Positions 51,841 through 62,000 of a stretch of 62,000 bases of DNA are shown here, piece after piece. The position numbers were made by a program, and so were the translations under genes. Under the pieces are notes generated by a model, which did not search any database, had not been told where the DNA came from, and saw nothing but the letters and a program-made list of their open reading frames with translations. Source of the stretch: Octopus vulgaris (taxonomy: Eukaryota); NCBI GenBank assembly GCA_951406725.2, contig OX597823.1, positions 26,060,001 to 26,122,000 of the forward strand. The letters are read 5' to 3'. Position 1 is the first letter of the stretch. Each line of letters begins with the position of its first letter.

Positions 51841-51880
51841 TTTATATATATATATATATATATATATGTTAATATACATA

Positions 51881-52272
51881 CGAGGGGCATTCAATAAGTA
51901 ATGCCCCTGACCCACTTCCCATAGCAGTAGAGCAACGAAACTTGGCACAGTTATTAGTCTTTTTCTACATAGGAACCACCCAGAGTTACGCATTTCTGCC
52001 ATAGTTTGATGCAGCGCTGGAGACCGTTTTTGTAGAAGACCCCAGCTTGGTCTTCCAACCACAACGTGACTTTAGAAATCAAGGCTGCATCATCTGTGAA
52101 ATGCTTTCCTTTCAAAAAAAACTTCATGGCTGGGAAGAGGTGAAAATCAGAGGGTGCAAGGTCAGGAGCGTAGGGGGGATGGGGGAGGAGCTCTTAGCAG
52201 CACGCCTGTGCTTCTGATCTGGCGACACGCGAGTTGTGAACCGGAGCGTTGTCCTGCAGGAGGAAGATGCCT
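51881..52272 (-). mobile_element. mariner 3' half with one TIR
   Basis: LLQDNAPVH, PDLAPSDFHLFP.MK..LKGKHF, GGSYVEKD*; TA|CGAGGGGCATTCAATAAGTAATG terminus. Confidence 0.85.
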
Positions 52273-52824
52273 TTGCTGATCTTGCCCCACCTCTTGATTT
52301 TGATACCTATAGAGGGAACGTCTCTGATACCTCTTTACTTATATCTTGAAATAACTGTTGAAGCCGTTAGTTATGGTTCAATATCTGACATGACTCCCAT
52401 CTCTTTCTCATATGAATACCAATATGACTCTCCTAGATCTAATTTTTTCTGCTCTTTTCCTCTTTTTTAAGTTCCTTGTATTATAGTTTATTTCCTCCCT
52501 GCACTGAAGAGTATGTTGATATTTATTTTATTTAATTCAATCATGAATTTATATTATTATATCTCTGTACAAAATGATTGTCTGCAAGAATTAAACTCCT
52601 TATAAATTTTAACAACTTGTTTTCTCCATTCTTAACAATATTGATGGGATATATGGAACTTAATTCAATAAATTCATCATACATTATATACAAGTACTAC
52701 TTCCATATCTTTGCAAATTCATGCCTGTAAACTCCCAGCAAAGTATGAAGAATCAACATTGGAAATCTTTTTTGGAAACTTCCAATTAAAGGATGAATCC
52801 ACATTCAACCTTCATACACCTATA

Positions 52825-52892
<68 letters not shown>

Positions 52893-53169
52893 CACACACA
52901 CACACATACAGACATACATATATACACACACACATGCACACACACACACACACACACACATATGTATGTACATGTATATACATATATGGATCATCAGTGA
53001 ATCATATATCTGTAAAAGAAGCACCCTCTAAATCAGGAGCAGTGAAGTATCTATAAGATGTTAATTATATGGCTGACAAGCTGTCTATAAGGCTAAGTGC
53101 TTTACAAATGCAAAACCATTGGTCACTCTATGACCAGCCGTATAATTAATTTCCTATAAATGTTAAGAG

Positions 53170-55790
53170 CATAATAGGAAGTTCCTGTAGAACAACTTAC
53201 TGAGGGCTCCAGACCAAATCTGTGGCTAGTGCAAATCCATAACCAGGCTGAGGATGACATGGTAGTGGAACAAGAAGGTAGACAGTGCTATAAAAGCAAA
53301 GCGACAGGCCTGGAAAGACTGAAAAATGGTGGTAGTTGAGAATTACATCAGGTAGTAAGAAAGGAAGCTAGGGAACAAGTTAACATAAAAGAAGTAGAAA
53401 GTAAGAGATTTGCCAATGTTCTACAGCTTGAGGATCAGAGTCATGCGGTGTTCAGGATTGCATAGCAGTGTGTCAGAGAGAATAGAGATGTGGTGGGTGA
53501 GAAATGTGTGCAAATAGCTAAAGGTTTTTTTTTGCGACTCTGAAAAGAAAGAGGTTTGGAAGTGCTACTATGAAAGATAGTTAACTGTGGGACATGAATA
53601 GTAGAAAGAGAGCCTTCTCTATGTGAACCTAACTGAGGAACCAGCTATTTGAGTTGAAAGCAGTACGATAGATAAGGCAATTAAGGATTTGTAGACAGGG
53701 AAAGCCCCTAGTCCATTGGGTGTTACTGCTGAGATGCTTAAAATATCTGGTTGGGTAGGATATGGTCTGGTTATCTGGAAAGTTAATCAGGTTATTCAGG
53801 AAGGTGTCATCCTCAATGACTGGTATAGTAGCGTTATAGTCAGCTGCTACAAAGGCAAGGGACATGCTTTAGATAGAAGTTATTACTGAGGCATGAAATT
53901 GCTTGGCCAAGTCATGAAGGTTACAGAAAATTAGAAACAGAATCAGGTTAGATGAAATACACTTTGGCTTTGTGCTGGGAGAAGCACAACTGACACTATC
54001 TTCATAGTCAGACAACTGCAGGAGAAGTATTTGGCTAAGAATAAACCATTGTACTTGACATTTGCTGACTTGGAGAAAGCTTTCAACAGAGTACCTCACT
54101 GTATGAAATGGTGGGTCCTGATAAAGCTAGGGATAGCTGAGTGGCTTGTGAAAGCCTGTACAGGCCTTGTTCAGAGGTTCTGTCAGGGAGGTAAGAGTTA
54201 GCCATGAGTATAGTGATGAATTTAGTGTACAGATAGGTGTTCACAAGGGTTTGGTTCTCATTTCCCTCCTATTCAATCTTTGGTTTCCAGGCGACTTGCT
54301 AGTAAACAAGAAAACAGACAGGACCCTACACCCATCAGGTAAATGACCCTGTCCAGTATGTAGGAAAGGTGTAGACAGGAATTTCATATGGTGTGTCCAG
54401 TGTAAGGTATGGACACACAAAAGGTGCAGTAGAATAAGAGGAGAGTTAACAGAGAAAGTAATGTTTGTGTGTGGAAGATGCACAGGAGCCATAAAATCTA
54501 TATAAATACACAGGAAATTGATTTTCTCAAACGTCCTGGAAGATCTCTAGAGGTAGTGGGTAATTTCTGCTTCCTAGGTGACCCAATCAGTAATGGAGGA
54601 GGATGTGCTGAGAGTGTAATCACTAAAATAAGAATCGGATGGAGAAAATTCAAAGAGCTTTTATCTCTGTTGGCAACCAAAGGTCTCTCTCTCTCTCTCT
54701 CTTCAAGTAAAAAGAAGATTGTATGATGTATGTATACAGACAGCAATATTACATGGTAGTGAGATGCGGGTCCTGATTGCAGAGGGTGTGTGAAGACTAG
54801 AGAGGAAGGAAGCTTGTATGCTTTGCTGAATGTGTAATGTCAGTGTACATGTATAACACAGTGCTAGTGTGCTGAGAGCAATGTTAGACGTAAGAGGAAT
54901 TAGCTGTGGTGTGCAAGAAAGAAGACAGAACTGTTTTGGTCATGTGATTTGTATGGATGAGCACAGTTGCATAAAGAAGTGCTGATCGCATAAAATGGAC
55001 CGAAGTTGGGTTAAAAGGAGACCAGAAAGACATGGGATGAAGCATTGAAAGCTGATCTCAAGTTACTGAACCTTACAAAGGAGAAAACGAAGAACAGAGA
55101 TATCTGGTACCATGTTGTACTCAGGAAGACTCGTCCACCACAGCAGAACTGATATCCTAAAACCACCTTGGTAATGCTTGTCCATGAGGGCCCCTGCCCC
55201 AGCCACAGCTCCATCCTCTCTGCCTTGTCAACCATTTCCCCACAACATTTCACCCCCTAATACCCATCATTTCTCTATCACCTGAGAGCAGAATAGGCAC
55301 ATACTACATCTCCCTGCTTTATCAGATACCTTCCTTCCCCCTCCCTGAACCACTGCCATTTCCCATTATCTTCCCTTGCCAACTGCCTCCTCCTCTCTGT
55401 GTCTTCTCTCCCCTGTGCTGTTCTCCATCACTTATCTGCTATCACCCTCAATACTTTCACATGTCCATCGCAACCCCCACTCTCAAGTCTCTCCTCTATT
55501 TCTCTCCATTATTTTACTACACTTACCTCTATCATGCCCTCTCACCCAATCCAAACTTTTATCACCTCACTTATTCTAACCCCCCCCCCCCCCATCCCTT
55601 GAAGGCATGTCCCTTACACATCTTTGCCACCATCTCTCTTACTATTGCCCTCTTTATCTGACTCTCTGATTCACCTGCTTTCTTTATCTTACTCTCTAAC
55701 TCACCCGCTTTTCTCTTCCAACTAGGGTATCCATGTATCTACTCTACAGCAAGACACCTTTCTCTGTCCCTCTTTACCTTTAATCTCTCA
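53170..55790 (+). mobile_element. Degenerate RTE LINE (linker, RT with PHD-like finger, C-terminus) plus ~600-bp pyrimidine-rich 3' UTR
   Basis: RQLQEKYLAKNKPLYL.FADLEKAF, PCPVCRKGV..CVQC..HKRC..CGRC, FCFLGD..GGGCAESV. Confidence 0.9.
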
Positions 55791-56519
55791 TCAAATGGCA
55801 CAAAACCACTCTACTCAATACTACTCCCAACTTCCAGTTGAGTGGGGGTTTGTCCTGCAAGTTACTTGATGACCCAGTCAGTAATGAAGCCATGTAGAAA
55901 GCACAGATCTTTTCTGTTTTACTGCCACTTTTCAATTTCTTCAATTTTGTTCCTATTGATTTCAAATTTGGTGTATTTATGTAGATCTGTATGATAATTA
56001 TTGGCATGAAATTCATTTTTGCCACAAATTTAAAAAAAAAACAGTTAATAGCTTTTAAAGTTTGCAAATTTTGAGTAACTTTAACCAATCAAAAACCAGA
56101 CATAAAGGTGCCTGTTTCAATAGTAACAAGCCAACCATTGGAGAGTTCCACGTATGTTTACGAAAAACCACGTGTGTCTTACGATTGCAGTCACATACAA
56201 AATGACAGCTTCCAAATCCTGTTTATTGACTGGGTAAAAATGATCAAAAACCTGTGTAACTTTAAAAAAAAGTTTCTGAAACAAGTGAATTAGGCCCTGA
56301 TATTCATCAAGAAAAATCTCATCAATACACCAAATTTCAAAATTTTCACTTAATTTTAAAATTTCAAAAAGTGCAACCAAACAGATAAGATCCAAAAGCA
56401 CTGTTGCTGAGGCCATGTATAAGGCACTGGTGCTGGTACAACATAAAAAGCAACCAATGAACTCTGTAAAGTGGTTGGCATTAAGAAGGGCATCCAGCCC
56501 TAGAAACCATGTCAAAACA

Positions 56520-57250
56520 GACAATAGGGCCTTGTTTCTAGTGCTAAAGCCAAAATCTCTTTGCACACCATAAAATCTATTGGAGTGTTGCCCAATATGA
56601 CCATTGAAGCCGCCAGCTATGAATAATAAGGTAATTTTCTTTTTTTTATTGGGATAGTCTGCTGAAAGGATTCATAGAAACAGTCCTTCTGTTCAACAGC
56701 TTGTCCGGTATGTGGAGCATAGCAGAGATTTACATTATACAAAACTATTCTTAACCTGATAATCCAACCACATATCATGACTACCTCAGTCTCCTTATCT
56801 CCCCACTTCTCTTCCAGAAGTATACCTACTTCATTACTAATTCTTTAGCCTGAAGAATTTACTTCTATGCTGCTTGCTCACAAACAGTCTAACTTAGAAT
56901 CTCCACCATTGTATCTCTTGCATGCAACAAACATCTACATATCTATGTTCAAGACCTACTTTTCACAGTACTGACATTTGTCATAGCTGTTCCAAGTTTT
57001 GGGACATCAGAAGATTGAGAGAGCACACAGGTAATTGTGTTTAACATCTGTGATGATGAGTACATTTTCAGGCACTTGTCTGGGGGTAGTGGGTTCTTGC
57101 ACATGCCAGTGAAAGCAGGTATAGGTATATACGCATATACTACTCAATGTTTTCTGTTTCCCTCCAATCCCACAAAATTTTCAAGGGCAAGCATTAGCAA
57201 ACAAGGGAGGATGGGGAAGGTGTGGGTAGGGCGGTCATAAGACACCAATC
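56520..57250 (-). mobile_element. RTE LINE 5' region / APE endonuclease
   Basis: NVSTVKSRS, VDVCCMQEIQW, APHTG..EQKDCFY, IAGGFNGHIG. Confidence 0.85.
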
Positions 57251-57639
57251 AGCTTTTAGTGATATTCAAGGTAGGTGTACCTTTTAATGTTCTTTCTTAT
57301 CTACACATATATGTATATGAAATACATTTGTTCTTAGGCATGAAAGCTTATGCACACATATATAATTGTAAATTTAAGTAAACTAACTTTGCTGCCTAAA
57401 AACATAATACTGTATGTATTGTTATGTAGACACCTTTGTAAAACTTTTCAGAAGCATACATCCTTTTACACACTAAACATTCACACATATGTATGCATGC
57501 ATGTGTCTGACTTTAACAAGAGTGGAAGGGACTTGTAAGGGGGAATAGTTTTAGTGGCTTAAAATAGTTTTAAGTCTTCACTTAAATAAACTCCTGAAAA
57601 TATGGATTCATCTAGTGGGGATTCTGAAGCTCACATGCT

Positions 57640-58050
57640 TGATCAGATGTGCTTAATAAATGCAGTTGTTTATGAATCCAAAGTTACAGTAGTGCTCCAA
57701 GACAACTTAGTTGAGAAGAAAAATTACATTGGTTTATGTGAAGGCAATTTTAAAAGCCATTATGTAAACTGCCAGTCTTCTTTCTGACACATCGATAAAA
57801 ATAAGGCCACTAAGTTGGCTAGCCATGTATGGTGTCTGAAGACCAACTGCACACTACATACAATCAAGTGGAGAATCGTAGAGAAATCTATGCCATACAT
57901 AAATGGCTCAAAGAGATGCAAGTTATGCACAGCTGAAAGATCGTACATTTTTTTAGGTCCAAGAATTCCACCACACAACTTAATTCCAGATCTGAAATTT
58001 TTACCAAGTGTAAGCTCATGAACAAGTTTCTTTTGTTGAAGTGGAGGACA
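57640..58050 (+). mobile_element. Penelope-like GIY-YIG endonuclease remnant
   Basis: CLINAVVYESKV..YIGLCEGNFK..Y.N..SSF..T.LASHVW.LK..IKWRIVEK..PY..GSKRCKLCTAE. Confidence 0.9.
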
Positions 58051-58074
58051 CCACCCACTTAGGATTGAGCAGCT

Positions 58075-59170
58075 ATCTCACATAGACAAATATATATGGT
58101 TTGCAGGAGAGGAAACTGTATTGGTTTAAGTATGTGATGCATATGGATGAAGATAGCTTCATAAATAAGGTCTGAGTGTTCAAATTGGATGGCAATTGCA
58201 CCAGTGGAACAAGAAGGTTTAAAAAGACATGGGATGAACTGGTGAAGACCAATCTCACATTTCTGAACCTCACAAAGGTGGTTATATATGATCACAACAA
58301 CTGGTAATAAGCTGTAATAGAAACCACCACCCCACTCTCTGGGGCAGGTGGAGATGCTGCAATCACCTATAGATCCTTCTTTGCCTCTCTCTCACTGTTC
58401 TTATTACAGTGTTTCCATAACCAAGAATGCTTTCATCCCCTGCTCTCTCTCTCTCTCCTACTTCTATGGTACTTCATAGTAGCCTATGGAATTCTCCTCT
58501 TCCCTCTAGTCTATCTTTATCTCATTATTCTTGTTGCATCCACCCTCTACTCCCCATCTCTGTGGTACCCTCTAGCCTCCCTTTCTCTTCCTTTGCATTC
58601 ACCCATTGCTCCACCCCTATTTCTCTTTCTCTCATCATCTTCTCTCCACAGTCTCCCTGCTTGGGATACTTTCTCTGCATTCATATCTTACATTTTTCTT
58701 CTCCATTCTCTATGGTACATTCCATCTTCTCTTTCTCTCCCTACCTCTGTGATATCCTTGAACTTCTCTCTCCCTGTTGGGGATGCTTTCTCTGCACTCA
58801 TACTCTGCTCTCCCTTCCACCTCTATCATATCCACCAGCCTCTCTTTCTATCACTACTCTCACTGCATTCACCCATCACTCCTCTGTCTCTTTTCCCTCA
58901 CTGCATTCTCCCCACAGCTTCTCTTCCACTTCAGCATTTTCTCTTTGTTGACATCCCTTTCCCTCATACTTTTTACCTACACTCACCTTTATAATATGGG
59001 AGACCACAGGATCCTCCCAACACCCTTTATCTTACTACTCTGTCCCTCCTTTTTTTACTAACCCCTGGCACTGATCCCTTCCTCCTTCCTTATGTCCATT
59101 ATATACTCTCTCCTCTTATAGTGTATACTCTGTTATTATCTCCTCTACCATACTTCCACAACTATAAATC
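58075..59170 (+). mobile_element. Old RTE 3' end plus pyrimidine-rich 3' UTR
   Basis: WFKYVMHMDEDS..KKTWDELVK.NL..LNLT followed by ~850 bp CT-rich tract. Confidence 0.65.
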
Positions 59171-59504
59171 TGTTCCTTTTACCATACTTTGGTATGATGA
59201 GAGTAGGCTAAAGTGGTCTGAAGTAGCCTAAAGTAGCCATAAGTAGTTTGGAACAATGTGGTGAGAAGTGCCTTGCTCAAGGGTGCAATGTCCCATCTGT
59301 CACTTGCAATCACGGATGTCTTAGTTGCATGTACTATGCTTTTTCTAATTGTTTTAGGTATCAGTATAATCACAAACAGACATGAGATAAAGCTGTTATT
59401 TCTAGAAGATTGGGTGACCATGTAGAGACGTCCTTGTTGACTCATCCAATAAGAAAGTCAATAACATATTTATTATTGATGTTGCAGTTGTACACGAGAT
59501 ATAG

Positions 59505-59550
<46 letters not shown>

Positions 59551-59568
59551 CGTGTGTGTGTATATATG

Positions 59569-59607
<39 letters not shown>

Positions 59608-59624
59608 GTATATATGTATATATG

Positions 59625-59666
<42 letters not shown>

Positions 59667-59779
59667 GAAATTGAAGGTCCATTACATTAAGAGCAGAAGA
59701 TATGGCACAGAAAGAGAAGAGAAACTAAAGTGTAATTATTAATAGAAAACAATATTACAGGATTATAGATAGTGATATA

Positions 59780-60500
59780 GAAACCTTGAAATAGCTTTGG
59801 TTGATTACAACCTGTGATATGATTCGTCATTTCTGGATTTTAGAATATTTAGACACGATAGAAATAGAAGAAAATATTAGATATTATCAGATAAAGTAAG
59901 AATTTGTGGAATGGGAAACAAAAATAACTTATTCAATATTTAAGAAGTATTAACATCGATGATGGAATATTTTAGGGTGATTGCAAGTCCCTTTTGCATT
60001 TTTATTTTATTCTATTTGATAAAAATGATACCATTAATATCAGTACTATGAACAATAAAGAATGGATAGAAGCATGCAGCATAAAATCAACCATCTGTTT
60101 ATGGGTGATTTGAAGCTGTTTACAAAGAATGGAGATCAAATAGATTCCTGAGGGCAAACAGTCCATGATTTTAGTAGAAGATATTGGAATGGAATTTGTC
60201 ATTAAACAATGTGGAGTTTTAATAATGAAATAAAGAAAGACAGTGTAATATAACATAATAGGATATGGTTACTAAGTAATGAAGTTATAAAAGAGATAGG
60301 CAAAGAGGACTATAAATACTTGGATAGAATAGAGTTAGATAAGAGAAAGGAAGCCAGCAGGAAGGAATTAACTGACAGAATGTTTCAGTGGGTGAGAAGT
60401 GGTGATTAAATTTAAGCTGAGAAAGGAAAATAAATTTCTGGCCATTAACATATGGGTCATATCAAAATACTGTTTTTAAGGTATAAGGAATCCTAGAGGA
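59780..60500 (+). mobile_element. R4/Dong-like (RLE-class) LINE RT remnant
   Basis: With frameshifts: WLIT..DMI.HFWILEYL, INHLFMGDLKLFTKN, DIGMEF..KQCGVLIMK, YKYL, AINIW. Confidence 0.65.
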
Positions 60501-62000
60501 GATTAGAGATGTGATTAACTGAGATAAGAAATTTTTTTTTTAAAAACCTAAAACAAAACAAAACAAAAAAAACAAATAAGCAAACACAACAATAACGACC
60601 TTATAAGGAGAATTGTATTTCCAAAAATGAGATTAGCAAGAACCTTCTGCAGAATTGCAGGGAGTAGGGATGGCAATCATGGCTTTTCCCAATCAAGGTT
60701 GGCTGAAGGGGATTCCCTGCCTGGTCGGTATGGAGGAAACTTACAGAGGAGAGGAAAGGAGTGAAAGGTGGCTTTGTGCAGGATGGGAGAAGCAGCAGAA
60801 AGAGCCTCCTGCTAGTTATGGAGTAAGAGAGAGAAGTTAAGCTGGAAGCCAGGAGTAGATGATAAGCAGGGATTTGGCTGCTTCTACTGAGCCACCAACA
60901 AGAGGGTGTTACGGTTCAGGGTCAAAAGACCCAATCAATCGATCGTTGATGACATCAATTCCTTCTGGCCAATGCTCCCATTCACTTTGGTGAATAGAAA
61001 AGAAGCACCTTCTTTTAGGTGTTGGCAATAATATGTCTTGTGTAAAAAGAGGAAGAAGATAACTGATTAAGAAAAATGTAAACAAGATGGGAAAACGTTT
61101 TTATTTATATTTTTTTTTGAGGTGGGTTGGGGTTAACAGCTTGATTAGAGGGGTGAGTAGTACTCATAATCTTTTTCAGGCATATGTAACTGATGGGAGA
61201 AAGGGCTGAAGTTAGTGTCAGACCATGGCCCTGACCTGAACACTTTTAACAGAGTGAATTCTGTTAAAGGTACCCAATGACAGATGGTGGTATTAAACAT
61301 GGTGACATGTTAGGGTTAGTCATGTAGGAAATAATGTAGAATCTCAACTGGAAGAGCTGAGGTTGGTTGGAATCTAGATAAGACTAGAGGGTGTGTAAAG
61401 CCTGAAGAATTCAAGAAAAATGCCTTGAGAATAGAGAAGAAGAATTAAGAAACGGAAGAAAGTGCATAGAAAATTGTTTAGGTAGATGGATGAAAGTTTC
61501 AATATGGTTAAACAAGGTTTGGTATGGTTAGAGAATCAAACATAGAGTCTGGGACTGGATTTTACAGAACAGGAATAAACTCTGAAAATAAACTAAATCA
61601 TGTTCCATAGAGATACAACCATTGAATTTCCATTGTGGAAATGTGTAGCAAAATGAGCCAACAAGGGTCACTCATCCTGCTAGAAATAGTAGGTCGCTGC
61701 TTGTAAAGGCTTCTTCATTGGCTTATTGCTATTGATAATGATGGTGATGGATGACAGTAATGACAATGATGGTGGTGGTCGTCGTCGTGGTCGTGGTTGT
61801 GGTCGCAGTCTTGGTGGTGGTGGTGGTAGTGGCAATGTAGCAGTGGTGGGGATTGTGGTTATTGTTTAGATTCATGTCAACCCTGGTTGAGCAGAAATAT
61901 GATCAAAGACATTTCAGTTACGACTTTTTCATCATTTCTGCAGACATACTGTACCTAGGACTACATTATCCAATGTGTTCTCCCTTTTTCAAAACGGTAG

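Noticed and set aside
56658-57120. Plus-strand exon-like chain with good splice signals (SAERIHRNSPSVQQLVR / CSKFWDIRRLREHT)
   Set aside because: It is the antisense of an RTE endonuclease region (VDVCCMQE, APHTG, GGFNGHIG).

Overview
AT-rich metazoan genomic DNA, very probably an Octopus (coleoid cephalopod) locus. This is inferred from recalled SINE and RTE-tail repeat families and was not checked against a database. Most of the window is transposon debris and microsatellites: RTE-clade LINEs (two with a PHD-like finger inside the RT), CR1, R4/Dong-like and Penelope-like retroelements, Tc1, mariner and maT transposons, hAT and piggyBac-like MITEs, Helitron-like (HINE-type) elements and tRNA-derived SINEs. 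Nearly all ORF-track entries are TE fragments, antisense frames or microsatellite artefacts. The one recognisable host gene feature is coding exon 1 of STAM (minus strand, 17898-17940) with its promoter; no further STAM exons were found in the window. A second minus-strand first-exon candidate encoding a signal peptide lies at 752-830. No rRNA, intact tRNA gene or CRISPR array is supported. No novel system is proven. The best leads are: (i) several hammerhead-ribozyme motifs, (ii) an unclassified repeat family built around a GAAA-tetraloop hairpin, (iii) the phase-compatible signal-peptide exon inside STAM intron 1, and (iv) several fold-back structures, including a 140-bp palindrome. TE boundaries without TIR or TSD support are approximate.
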